From NCBI GenBank assembly GCA_963666275.2, contig CAXXOA010000002.1, forward strand, positions 128,001 to 192,000: a DNA stretch of 64,000 bases. The letters are read 5' to 3'. The notes under the pieces are model-generated. The model saw only the letters and a program-made list of their open reading frames with translations. It ran no database searches and was not told the DNA's origin. This DNA comes from Oceanispirochaeta sp. Its GTDB lineage: Bacteria > Spirochaetota > Spirochaetia > DSM-2461. The position numbers were made by a program, and so were the translations under genes. Below are positions 20,233 through 29,605 of this stretch, in pieces (the stretch's first letter is position 1; every line of letters begins with the position of its first letter).

Positions 20233-21225
20233 CTATCCCCGCAGCCCCAGACCGCCCAGACCTTCCTCAAGGCGGTCCGTAGCCGGTGCCGGTTCGGGGA
20301 ACAGGCTGCTGATCGTATTATAGAGTTCCTGATCCATGGGGTAGTCCGCAGCAGCCAGAGAGGCCTTCAGCTGCTCCGTATTCCTGCCTCCGATAATGGG
20401 GGCTGTCACAGCCGGATTAGCCACCACCCAGGCGACTCCCATGGTAGCGGGAGACACACCCCGGCTCTCTGCCAGATAAATAAAGGCGGAAGCTCCGTCG
20501 TAAATGTCCTGACGGTCATAGCGGTCGCTGTAAATGGGGATTTCCGCAAAACGGCCTGTCTGGGGGGCTCCCTCCCTTTTCCGCTTCCGCGCCAGGAGAC
20601 CGCCGCCCAGAGGGCTGTAGGTAATAACTCCCAGATTCTCCGAACGGGCCATGGGAAAGAGCTCCACTTCGGCCTGGCGCTTTACAAGGTTGTACATGGG
20701 CTGGATACAGGCAATGCGGTTCATTCCGTATTGCTCGGAGATGCCCAGTGCTTTCATAATCTGCCAGGCGGCCCAGTTGCTCACTCCTATATAGAGGATC
20801 TTTCCCGACCGGACCAGATCATCCATCCCGCGGAGGACTTCTCCGGGATCAGTGAAAGGGTCATAACTGTGGATGAAATAGAGATCGATCCGGTCTGTTC
20901 CCAGCCGCTTGAGACTCTGCTCCACCTCCCGGATCATATGGAGCCGGGAGGATCCCAGCTGATTCACTCCGGGACCGGAGCGGAAAGAGAATTTACTTGT
21001 AATGACAACTTCATCTCTCTCAAAGCGGATCAGATTCCCCAGGATCTCCTCGGCCTTTCCCCCGTTGTAGATGTTGGCACAGTCAAAAAAGTTGATGCCC
21101 GCCTCACGGCAGGCCTGATACATCGCAGCAGATTCTGTTTTATCCGCATTGCCGCCGAACGACATGGTTCCCATGCAGAGCTTGGAAACAGCCACTCCTG
21201 TCCGTCCCAGAATTCGATACTCCAA
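20233..21225 (-). CDS. Aldo/keto reductase
   Basis: LGRTG, FDCANIY, SLKRLGTDRIDLY, YSPLGGG; TTG start behind GAGGAGG. Confidence 0.93.
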   Translation of the reverse strand: MEYRILGRTGVAVSKLCMGTMSFGGNADKTESAAMYQACREAGINFFDCANIYNGGKAEEILGNLIRFERDEVVITSKFSFRSGPGVNQLGSSRLHMIREVEQSLKRLGTDRIDLYFIHSYDPFTDPGEVLRGMDDLVRSGKILYIGVSNWAAWQIMKALGISEQYGMNRIACIQPMYNLVKRQAEVELFPMARSENLGVITYSPLGGGLLARKRKREGAPQTGRFAEIPIYSDRYDRQDIYDGASAFIYLAESRGVSPATMGVAWVVANPAVTAPIIGGRNTEQLKASLAAADYPMDQELYNTISSLFPEPAPATDRLEEGLGGLGLRG

Positions 21226-21280
21226 AATGATCCTCCTCTTTTCCTGTGAGCCAACTCACAACAATGAATTGCCTCTGCCT

Positions 21281-21628
21281 CTATTTATCACCCTCTTCGG
21301 GGACTATACAGATGAATGATAAATCTTCGGTGCCAGCATTTCTGAACTGATGCTCTTCTCCGCCTCTCACATAGGCTGTATCACCGGGTTTGACAGGCTG
21401 TTCTTTCCCGTCTATAAAGAGAGTCCCTTCACCTTTGATTATATAGTTGATATGGGGCCAGTCATGGTTATGCCGGGGAGTGTATCCCCCTTCCCCCAGA
21501 GTAAAGATCCGCATGGACCAGCCGTCCCAGCCTTCGCGGCCTGTAATCCCTGTCTGTTTGATGACATTTTTTACCCCATCCATATTCATGGCAACGGATG
21601 TCATATCTTCGCTTTTTAATATCGGCAT
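21281..21628 (-). CDS. Cupin domain protein (TM1459-like)
   Basis: PRHNHDWPH, EEHQF, FICIVP. Confidence 0.85.
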   Translation of the reverse strand: MPILKSEDMTSVAMNMDGVKNVIKQTGITGREGWDGWSMRIFTLGEGGYTPRHNHDWPHINYIIKGEGTLFIDGKEQPVKPGDTAYVRGGEEHQFRNAGTEDLSFICIVPEEGDK

Positions 21629-21665
21629 ATTCTTCCTCCCGTAGATTATCCCAAATTATCCAATA

Positions 21666-21712
21666 AAGAAAAAGAAAAAAAAAGGCTTTGACCGGGAAAA
21701 CGGGCAAAGCCT
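21666..21712 (-). terminator. Rho-independent terminator of ABC operon
   Basis: AGGCTTTG...CAAAGCCT stem with long A tract on + (U tract on -). Confidence 0.8.
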
Positions 21713-21730
21713 GTGATTTGAAAAAGAAGA

Positions 21731-22579
21731 TCAGCCCTTCACACTGCCCAGAGTAATTCCCTTGATGATGTGCCTGGAGAGGATAAAATACACAATCATC
21801 AGAGGAATAATGGCAATAAAAATCATCATATAAACCTTTCCCAGATCAAACTTCATATAATCTGCACTTCTCAGCTGAGCAATGAGAATCGGAATGGTTT
21901 TCTTCTCTTTGGAATTGAGAATCAGTGCCGGCATGAAATAGTTGTTCCAGGAGGTGACAAAAGCGAAGATTGCCTGAACGGCAACAGCGGGTTTGAGTAT
22001 AGGCAGGACAATGCCGTTAAAAGTTCTCAACTCATTCGAACCGTCCATCCTTGCCGCTTCGACAATTTCATAGGGAAGAGACGCCTCCATATACTGAAGG
22101 ATGAAAAAGAAAACAACAGGAGAGGCTACTGCGGGAATTATAATGGGCAGAAAAGAATCCATCAGATGCATATTCATAATGAGTCTGAGAAATCCCAGAG
22201 CAGAGACCTGCGGCGGTACCATCATCACAAGCATAATAAATTTGAAAGCGAAATCCCTTCCCCTGAAACGGTACATGTGAATAGCATAGGCTGTCATAGA
22301 GGAAAAATAGGTAGTCAGAAAAGCTGTCATAGCAGATATGAACACACTGTTTCCCAGAGATCTCAGCAGGGGAATGTTATCATCTCTGATCAGATTGATC
22401 CCATTGATAAATAAACTCTTTCCCGGAAGAACCGAAAACCCTTTCAGGATCTCACTGTGCAGCCGGGAAGAGTTGATGACAAGAATAAAAAAGGGAAAAA
22501 GAGAGATACAGGTAAGAAAAACCAGGGCCGCATAACAGAGAGTTCTCTGTATATACAGCCCCTGTCTGGCATTGATCAT
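21731..22579 (-). CDS. Carbohydrate ABC transporter permease
   Basis: EAARMDGS, FVTSWNNY. Confidence 0.92.
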   Translation of the reverse strand: MINARQGLYIQRTLCYAALVFLTCISLFPFFILVINSSRLHSEILKGFSVLPGKSLFINGINLIRDDNIPLLRSLGNSVFISAMTAFLTTYFSSMTAYAIHMYRFRGRDFAFKFIMLVMMVPPQVSALGFLRLIMNMHLMDSFLPIIIPAVASPVVFFFILQYMEASLPYEIVEAARMDGSNELRTFNGIVLPILKPAVAVQAIFAFVTSWNNYFMPALILNSKEKKTIPILIAQLRSADYMKFDLGKVYMMIFIAIIPLMIVYFILSRHIIKGITLGSVKG

Positions 22580-23520
22580 GAGTTTTTTCCCTCCCTTTTA
22601 TGACCGTAATAGTTTTTCATGGTCATATTGAATACGGTAAAACTGAGCAGGGCTGTTATGATAAAGATAAGGGTGGAGACTGCTCCTCCCAGGCCGAAAT
22701 TTCTACTGAAAAGATGCTTGTTCAGATACATGATAAGCGTCATGGTGGTCCTATTGGGCAGACCGTCCCCTTTGGTCAGGATCTGGGGAACATCAAACAT
22801 CTGAATGCCGCCGATCAGACTTGTTATGATCACATAAACCAGAATGGGCAGCAGCAGAGGCACAATGATTTGAAAGAATGTCTGCAGAGAGCCGGCTCCA
22901 TCGATCCTTGCGGCTTCGAACAGGCTTTCATCGATCCCCATGATCCCTGCCATCAGCAGGATAGTCGTATTACCGTACCACATAAGGAAATTCATCAGAG
23001 CCACCAGTCCTCTGGCCGTTGTCTTATCAGCCAGGAACCGGATCGGATCCTGCGTGAGCCCTGCATTGCGAAGGATAATGTTCACCGGTCCTGCATCGGA
23101 AAAGAGAGTAAAAAAAAGCATGGAAAATGCCGCAGCCATGATCAGGTTGGGCATGTAGATAACTGTTTTGAAAAATCCCTGACCTTTTAGTTTCAGGGTA
23201 CTGCTTGTGAACCAGACAGCCAGAAAAAGGGCTATGAGAATCTGGGGAACAAAGCCCATAAGCCACATAACAAGGGTGTTCAGGGCATACCGGGGGACAT
23301 CCGAATTGATCAGGATCTCTCTGAAGTTTTCCCATCCGGCAAACTGGGGACCCACCTGCATCAGGCCGATCCTGTAGTTTTCAAAAAAACTGTTCACAAA
23401 GGTTGTTGTCAGGGGAATTAGAGAAAATATGATATAAATAACAAAAAAAGGGGTCAGAAAAAAATATCCCCACCGGGAGTAATCGACTTTTTTATTCCTG
23501 CCCTTTCCACTCTGATGCAT
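22576..23520 (-). CDS. Carbohydrate ABC transporter permease
   Basis: EAARIDGA, IGGIQMFD; start 23520 (alt 23532). Confidence 0.92.
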   Translation of the reverse strand: MHQSGKGRNKKVDYSRWGYFFLTPFFVIYIIFSLIPLTTTFVNSFFENYRIGLMQVGPQFAGWENFREILINSDVPRYALNTLVMWLMGFVPQILIALFLAVWFTSSTLKLKGQGFFKTVIYMPNLIMAAAFSMLFFTLFSDAGPVNIILRNAGLTQDPIRFLADKTTARGLVALMNFLMWYGNTTILLMAGIMGIDESLFEAARIDGAGSLQTFFQIIVPLLLPILVYVIITSLIGGIQMFDVPQILTKGDGLPNRTTMTLIMYLNKHLFSRNFGLGGAVSTLIFIITALLSFTVFNMTMKNYYGHKREGKNS

Positions 23521-23564
23521 AAAGTACCTCATTGATAGTGAATCCGGTCTGATTCGATTTTCAG

Positions 23565-23592
23565 AAAAAAGGCAGGGAAATGACTCCCTGCC
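23565..23592 (-). terminator. Intra-operon terminator-like hairpin after SBP gene
   Basis: GGCAGGGA/TCCCTGCC stem plus U6 on minus strand. Confidence 0.65.
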
Positions 23593-23606
23593 CAGATTGT
23601 CAGAAT

Positions 23607-24941
23607 TTATCTTGATAAATTGGGATACAGCTCTGTAACCGATGTATAGAAGTTCTCCCAGGCCTGATCTTCGGAAATTGTTCCGTTGAAGTAGTCACTA
23701 AAAGAATTCATCAGTTTTTCTGTCATTCCCTGATCATAGGGACTCATATTGCTCCGGTCGATGCTCATGGCAGAATCAAGAAGAACAGCTATATGATTCT
23801 GCCCGCCCAGAAAAGTGTTCTTCAGATCACTGGCTGCCAGGGAAGCCATGGCTTTTTCATTATTGGTAAAGTCACCATACTCTTCTGCGATAGAAACCAG
23901 GGTTTCTTCATCACAGGTCAGGGTGTACATAATCTCACGGATAAGTTCCGTATTATCTGTTCCAGCGGCGGCGCATATCCAGGTACCTCCCCAGCTGAAT
24001 CCCTGAGGACCTTTAACGAGCCCCCAGTCTCCATAACTTCCATTACCGGGAGCCTTCTCTCCGTTGGGATCCTCCAGAGTCGCGGGAGCAAGGCAGAAAT
24101 CCTGAAACCAGCTGGGTCCGAAATATCCGAAGACTTTTCCCTCTTCCGCTGCGCCCTGAAAACTTTCAGCCGACCAGAGATTGGCTTTATTATTATACCC
24201 GTTGGAAGCATAGGATTTGGTCTGATCAATCCATCTCTCAATGGAAGGATCTACAACAACTTTACTGCCGTCCACCCAGGCACTGTTCATATTATCAGAG
24301 AAAACACGGAAGGCATCATCGTAGCCGCTGAGCATAAAGTACCCTTTTTCGTGGGCGTCGGCTGCAACGCTGTCAAACTGATTCCAGCTGGAAAGGGCTC
24401 TCTGAACATCCTCGGGTCTGTCCGATCCGATGACATCTCTGGCGATAGATCTTCTGTAGATGAATCCACCGGGACAGGCCTGCCAGGAGACACCTTTGAG
24501 AACTCCTTTGGAGTCAGTCATGATGTCCTTTGTGTATTTATACTGGTTGGCCACATCCTTTTCTGTTAATCCCACTTCTTTAATTACGTCTAACGTATAA
24601 GGAGTATCCACATACTTCAGAGCATAGTCTGCCTCGACCAGAAAGATATCCACCTTCTGATCACTGCTCACGCTGTCCTGCTGGAGGAGCGCCTCATCCA
24701 GTTTGTTCTGATAGGCGTTATCGGCATTGGGAGTGATAACCCAGTTAACAGTAATATCGTCTGGAACCAGTCCCCTCTCTTCAAAATAGGTCTTGAACCT
24801 GGTCTGAAACTCTTCATTCCAGCAGTAGATATTCAACACCTTTCCCTGTTCCTGACTTTTCGAACTCTCAGCTGATCCATTGGCAAAAAGACATGCCGAT
24901 GCAATCAGCAGAATCAGCCCTCCGATAATTCTCTTTTTCAT
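23607..24941 (-). CDS. Carbohydrate ABC transporter substrate-binding protein
   Basis: Signal peptide ending FANGSAE, VLNIYCWNEEF, YRRSIA, WGGTW; AGGAGG RBS. Confidence 0.9.
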   Translation of the reverse strand: MKKRIIGGLILLIASACLFANGSAESSKSQEQGKVLNIYCWNEEFQTRFKTYFEERGLVPDDITVNWVITPNADNAYQNKLDEALLQQDSVSSDQKVDIFLVEADYALKYVDTPYTLDVIKEVGLTEKDVANQYKYTKDIMTDSKGVLKGVSWQACPGGFIYRRSIARDVIGSDRPEDVQRALSSWNQFDSVAADAHEKGYFMLSGYDDAFRVFSDNMNSAWVDGSKVVVDPSIERWIDQTKSYASNGYNNKANLWSAESFQGAAEEGKVFGYFGPSWFQDFCLAPATLEDPNGEKAPGNGSYGDWGLVKGPQGFSWGGTWICAAAGTDNTELIREIMYTLTCDEETLVSIAEEYGDFTNNEKAMASLAASDLKNTFLGGQNHIAVLLDSAMSIDRSNMSPYDQGMTEKLMNSFSDYFNGTISEDQAWENFYTSVTELYPNLSR

Positions 24942-24984
24942 TTCACTTCCTCCTGCATTTTCTGCTTCTATTACAATCCCTCAA

Positions 24985-25998
24985 TTATTCAAGGGACAAA
25001 TCACGAACTGAAGCGCCGGGAACAAATTCCCCCGGAACAGAGACTATCCGGGACTCATAACTCCCTGGATTTTCAATTTTCCTTATCAGATGAAAAGCCA
25101 GCTGCTTTCCCAGAGAGACCCCGTCCTGTCTGTAGGTGGTTAACCGGGGATGAAGCAGCGAAGAGAGCAGTATCCCGTCGTAACCCACAATGCTTATATC
25201 CTCGCCGACCTTCAGATGCTTCTCCTGAATAACCTTCAAACCACCCAGAAGAGCAAAATCATCGGGATAGAAAATACAGGTAGGTGGTTCCCCGGCCGCA
25301 AGGAGCTCCCTTGTGGCATCTTCGCAAAGAGAGGGTAAATGGTATCGCGCCGGGATCAGAAAACTCTCAGGAATCTGCAGGCTGAACTTCCGGCAGGTCT
25401 CCAGAAACGACGCCACCCGGTTTTCTGTAACCTTAGTCCCTTCCCCGTGAATGAGAGCCAGACGGGTATGTCCTCTCTGAACAACATACTCAACCATCTG
25501 CCTCATTCCATCCACATTGTCACTGAGCACTGCGGAATGCCCCGGCACAGTGTAATCCAGAGTGGTTACAGGAATATCGCTTGCCAGAAGCTTTCCTATA
25601 TCCTCCCGGGAGAAATCCACCACCGCTATAACCACCCCGTCGCAGCCCCTGTACTGGGTGTGTTTGAAATAGTCATCCCTTCCCCCCAGATTATTGCTGA
25701 TAAAGGTTATATCATAACCACTGGCTTCGGCCTCCACTTTCAGGCTGTCAAAAATGGTGGCAAAATACTGATGCTGAAGACCGCTTCCGGTTTTATCTTC
25801 AAAAATCACACCGATGTTGTATGTCCGGTTTGTCTTCAGAGCCCGGGCAGCGGAATTGGGATGATATCCCATCTCTTCTGCCATCTCCTGTACCATCAGG
25901 ATGGTTTCTCTGCCGATCTCAGGGCTGTCTTTCAATGCTTTGCTTACAGTAGACAGGGAAACATTGCATCGTTCTGCAATATTTTTAAGCGTTACCAT
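24985..25998 (-). CDS. LacI family transcriptional regulator
   Basis: VTLKNIA..VSLSTVSKAL HTH, YHPNSAARAL, SIVGYDG. Confidence 0.95.
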   Translation of the reverse strand: MVTLKNIAERCNVSLSTVSKALKDSPEIGRETILMVQEMAEEMGYHPNSAARALKTNRTYNIGVIFEDKTGSGLQHQYFATIFDSLKVEAEASGYDITFISNNLGGRDDYFKHTQYRGCDGVVIAVVDFSREDIGKLLASDIPVTTLDYTVPGHSAVLSDNVDGMRQMVEYVVQRGHTRLALIHGEGTKVTENRVASFLETCRKFSLQIPESFLIPARYHLPSLCEDATRELLAAGEPPTCIFYPDDFALLGGLKVIQEKHLKVGEDISIVGYDGILLSSLLHPRLTTYRQDGVSLGKQLAFHLIRKIENPGSYESRIVSVPGEFVPGASVRDLSLE

Positions 25999-26017
25999 AA
26001 AGGCCTCCTGAGATCAT

Positions 26018-26097
26018 ACTACAACGTTGTAGTTCCTAAACTCCACCCTACTACAACGTTATAGTATTAATAGCCTTCTCAACTACAACGTTGTAGT
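26018..26097. promoter_or_regulatory. Three LacI-type operators at 32-bp period
   Basis: ACTACAACGTTGTAGT at 26018 and 26082, ACTACAACGTTATAGT at 26050. Confidence 0.85.
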
Positions 26098-26100
26098 ATG

Positions 26101-26128
26101 AGTATACAATCCTTTTTTTATTTGTCAA
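26101..26128 (-). promoter_or_regulatory. sigma70 promoter of lacI-ABC operon
   Basis: Minus-strand TTGACA-16-TATACT immediately upstream of the operators. Confidence 0.7.
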
Positions 26129-26157
26129 GAAAGTTTTCAACTGTTCCCGGGAGAGAG

Positions 26158-27072
26158 TCAGTCTGGAGAGTCATCCTCTTCGCAAACCCCGTCATGGGCC
26201 GGCTCAAGATGAATCAGCACTTCCACCACGTCATCACATTCCTCAATAATCGTGGATTTTACGGTTTCGCAGATATCATGGCCCGTGTGGACACTGAGAT
26301 CCCCGTCCACCTGAACATGCATATCCACCAGTACGGAGTTTCCGGCGATCCTTGTTCTTGTTTTATGGATGGAACAGACACCGCTTACGGACAGGGCAAT
26401 TTTATTGATCTTTTTCAGAAGGCCTCTGTCTGACATTCTGTCTGTAAGTTCATAAAATGCCGGTTTGACGATTTCAAAGGAGACCTTGAAGATAAAGCCA
26501 GAAACAATGATGGCTCCCACGGAGTCGACAAAATACCAGTCGGGAAACACAATTGCCAGGAGAACGGCTACCAGAACGGGGATGGAACTGATCGCATCGG
26601 ACCGGTGATGCCAGGCATTGGCAATGACTGCAGAAGATTTGACCCGCTTCCCGGTCTTAAGGGTATAGCGGAACACAAACTCTTTGCCGACAATACTCAA
26701 TAGAGGTCCCACCAGAGCAATCCAGTAGAGACCGGAACTCCTGCCAGCCGGCTCGGACAGACTGGAAATCGCATTGACAAGGAGCTCCACACCGACCACG
26801 GAAAGAAGGATTCCGATAAAAAGAGTCACAATTGCTTCGATTCTCTTGTGCCCGTAAGGGTGTTCCTCATCGGCCGGGGGCTCCCAGAATTTGACTCCCA
26901 CCAGAACGGCAAAGTCTGTAATCAGATCGGAAAGGCTGTGAAAAGCATCGGCCAGAACTGCCTGACTGTTCCCTACAAAACCGACGGCAAACTTTAATGC
27001 CGCCAGGAAAATATTCAAGACCATCCCTACAATAGTGACAGTCTTAACCGATTGACTTCGTTTTTCACTCAT
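26158..27072 (-). CDS. Cation diffusion facilitator (FieF-like)
   Basis: ADAFHSLSD, HPYGH, AWHHRSD, IHLEP. Confidence 0.94.
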   Translation of the reverse strand: MSEKRSQSVKTVTIVGMVLNIFLAALKFAVGFVGNSQAVLADAFHSLSDLITDFAVLVGVKFWEPPADEEHPYGHKRIEAIVTLFIGILLSVVGVELLVNAISSLSEPAGRSSGLYWIALVGPLLSIVGKEFVFRYTLKTGKRVKSSAVIANAWHHRSDAISSIPVLVAVLLAIVFPDWYFVDSVGAIIVSGFIFKVSFEIVKPAFYELTDRMSDRGLLKKINKIALSVSGVCSIHKTRTRIAGNSVLVDMHVQVDGDLSVHTGHDICETVKSTIIEECDDVVEVLIHLEPAHDGVCEEDDSPD

Positions 27073-27983
27073 TTCTCTATCCTGAAAATATGCAGTATCA
27101 TGTCATAGACTTCTGTCAGATCCGACGGAAGGCTCTCTGTATTATACAGGTCATTGCCTCCGGGAGGGATGTAAACAAGAGGAACGGGATTTCTTGTATG
27201 ATCTCCTGTTGAAAAATCCTCTGCATTGCCGTGATCACTGGTTATGATCAGATGAGATCCCCTCTCTTTCACACGGCGGCTCAGCTCGCCCAGAAAAGGG
27301 ATCAGATCCGCCAGACACTCCTCCAGCTTTTCCCTCTTCCTTTTATGGCCCCAGCGATCTGTCAGAAAATACTCATAATAGATAAAATCCGCCCGGTCCG
27401 TCAAACTGATAAGCTGCTCTGCCGCCTGAGAAGGCGACAGAAGGGGGAGAGAGAGCCCCAGATCCTTAAGATGCCGCCCTGTTATGTCCATAAAGACACC
27501 CGAGCCCCGGGAATAGTCTCTTTTAAAAAGGAATGAACTGCGCCCGGCAAAGGTCATAAGCGTCGAAACGGGAAAGCGGTTTTTAATCCCTCCCCTCCTG
27601 TTTTTAAAGAATCCGGGAGTATGAAGGTTGCCGTTCACCGAACGGAGTCCCTCCTTCCTGAGGACCAGCGGCAGGCTCTCTTCCATGATCAGATCAATAA
27701 GCTTCTTATTGGGGAAGGCGTTCAGATGATAGCCCAGATGGGCCTGGGCATTCACACCGGTATATAGAGATGTCTGCCCGGTTGCGGACTGGGGAATTCC
27801 CTCCACTCCCAGACAGGCGTCCAGCCGGGCAGTCCTGCCTCCGGGGAAGGACTCGGGAAAGGCCCGGTTATCCAGGATCAGATCCGGAGAAATATCTGTA
27901 AATACAGATCTGACAGGATTTCTTGCAGGATCCGGTTCTCCGATACCCAGCCCGTCTATAAATACCATGATGACTTTTTCCAT
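27069..27983 (-). CDS. Alkaline-phosphatase-superfamily metalloenzyme (phosphomutase-like)
   Basis: FIDGLG, PQSATGQT, TDRWGH, TSDHGN, HTRNPVP. Confidence 0.8.
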   Translation of the reverse strand: MEKVIMVFIDGLGIGEPDPARNPVRSVFTDISPDLILDNRAFPESFPGGRTARLDACLGVEGIPQSATGQTSLYTGVNAQAHLGYHLNAFPNKKLIDLIMEESLPLVLRKEGLRSVNGNLHTPGFFKNRRGGIKNRFPVSTLMTFAGRSSFLFKRDYSRGSGVFMDITGRHLKDLGLSLPLLSPSQAAEQLISLTDRADFIYYEYFLTDRWGHKRKREKLEECLADLIPFLGELSRRVKERGSHLIITSDHGNAEDFSTGDHTRNPVPLVYIPPGGNDLYNTESLPSDLTEVYDMILHIFRIEK

Positions 27984-28038
27984 AAAACTCCTATAATTAT
28001 AACAGTTTTCCCGAAACCTGACAGAGGAGTGTGAAATA

Positions 28039-28527
28039 ATGCGAAAGATAATTCTGATTTTTCTGATAATAATGGTGTTCTATCCTGTATATGTCTCTGC
28101 ACAGACCAAGGACAAGGACATTCCTGAAATAAATCTCAGCACCGCGGAACTGGAGGGAAAGGCAAAAGCCGGTCTGGCTATCGGATACCCCACCGGCCTG
28201 ACATTCGGCTACAGGCTGGCAAACTACCTGGAGGTCAATGCTTTTCTGGGAACCCACGGAAACGACTTTACCCTGGGAAGCAGCCTTCTTTTCACTCTGG
28301 CGGATATCCGGATCAGCAATCAGATCCTGCCCCTTTCGGCAGGTCCGGCTGTATTTGCCTCTTTTGACAATGATTTTTCTCTGATGGCAGGAGGCGCCGT
28401 CCGCTGGGAGTATACTTTTGAAGATGCTCCTTTAAATCTCTACCTGGAAGCGGTCCCGGGAGTCATCCTGATAGGAGATATCCGCTTTGCCATGGCATCC
28501 TCCCTGGGTATCCGCTACGTTTTTTAA
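28039..28527 (+). CDS. Putative outer-membrane beta-barrel (DUF3996/BAPKO_0422-like)
   Basis: Signal peptide, GLAIGYPTGLT, PLNLYLEAVPG, C-terminal GIRYVF. Confidence 0.7.
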   Translation: MRKIILIFLIIMVFYPVYVSAQTKDKDIPEINLSTAELEGKAKAGLAIGYPTGLTFGYRLANYLEVNAFLGTHGNDFTLGSSLLFTLADIRISNQILPLSAGPAVFASFDNDFSLMAGGAVRWEYTFEDAPLNLYLEAVPGVILIGDIRFAMASSLGIRYVF

Positions 28528-28531
28528 TATC

Positions 28532-29605
28532 TCAGGAGTAATAGGGTTCGGGAGGAGACGGGACAAGAGCGTCCCATTCATAATCCCGGATCTGATAACC
28601 CTGCTCCGAAAGAGATTCATGGAGGGACTGCACATGTTCCCCGATCACTTCGGGTGAACAGGCTGATCTGATATTCAGAACAACCTGTACGTTCTGAACA
28701 TCCCGATCAGACAATGTGATGTGGTCGGCCTGAACCCGTCCCCCCACATTGCTGACCTTCAGGACGCCGTCGGGAGAAAGGATAAAAACTTTGGCATGGG
28801 CTACATATCCCAGCCGGGGATTATCAAAGGACTCCATCAGAATAAAACTGAGTTCCGAAGGAGACACAGCCTCGTCACGGCTTATGAACCAGCTTCCGTT
28901 ATACCATCCGTATTCGGCTTCCGCCCGGGCATATACATCATAGTCCAGATCGACCCGGAATGAGAAATCCAGGGAAAGCCCCCGGATGATATTGTCAAGG
29001 AGAGTATCCATTCCCTCTCCCGTCCGGGAGGAACAGGCAAAAAAATCCGCCCGGGGGTTCAGGACCTTCAGCATATCCTCCACCTTTTCCAGTTCGTCCC
29101 GGTTGAGCAGGTCGGTTTTGGAAAGGACAAGAACGGACGACTCTCTCAGCTGATGGGAGATCAGGACTTCCGATGGTTCCACGGGATGGGACAGATTCAT
29201 ACGGGAAAAATCATCCAGCATCCGGCGGGCGTCCACAAGGGTCACAAAACCGGCAACCTCAACCACATCGGAGTGAAAGGTCTTCAGCGGATTCACCACT
29301 GTGGCCGACAGGTCCGTACAGCTCCCCACCGCTTCAGCGATGATATAGTCCGGGTTCTCCTGAAGAGAGATCTCTCGGACAGTATTAAGGAAATCCGGGA
29401 AGCGGCAGCAGAAACAGCCGCCCGAAACTTCTCTGGCGGCAATTCCCTCACTCCGGGAATAGAATGTATCCACCAGGGTATCCCCCTGATCGTTGGTAAT
29501 CACAGCAGCCTTATACCCCTTCTTCTCCAGGTACTTTGCTCCTGCAATCATAAAAGTTGTTTTACCTGAACCCAGAAAGCCGCCCAGGAGAAGGAGTTTT
29601 GTCAT
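28532..29605 (-). CDS. G3E/COG0523 (CobW-like) GTPase B
   Basis: GGFLGSGKTT, ITNDQG, GCFCC, EAVGSC, SKTD. Confidence 0.88.
   Translation of the reverse strand: MTKLLLLGGFLGSGKTTFMIAGAKYLEKKGYKAAVITNDQGDTLVDTFYSRSEGIAAREVSGGCFCCRFPDFLNTVREISLQENPDYIIAEAVGSCTDLSATVVNPLKTFHSDVVEVAGFVTLVDARRMLDDFSRMNLSHPVEPSEVLISHQLRESSVLVLSKTDLLNRDELEKVEDMLKVLNPRADFFACSSRTGEGMDTLLDNIIRGLSLDFSFRVDLDYDVYARAEAEYGWYNGSWFISRDEAVSPSELSFILMESFDNPRLGYVAHAKVFILSPDGVLKVSNVGGRVQADHITLSDRDVQNVQVVLNIRSACSPEVIGEHVQSLHESLSEQGYQIRDYEWDALVPSPPEPYYS

Noticed and set aside
26018..26097. Mini-CRISPR (repeat-spacer-repeat)
   Set aside because: 16-bp repeats and spacers are too short; a CG-centred palindrome beside lacI fits operators.
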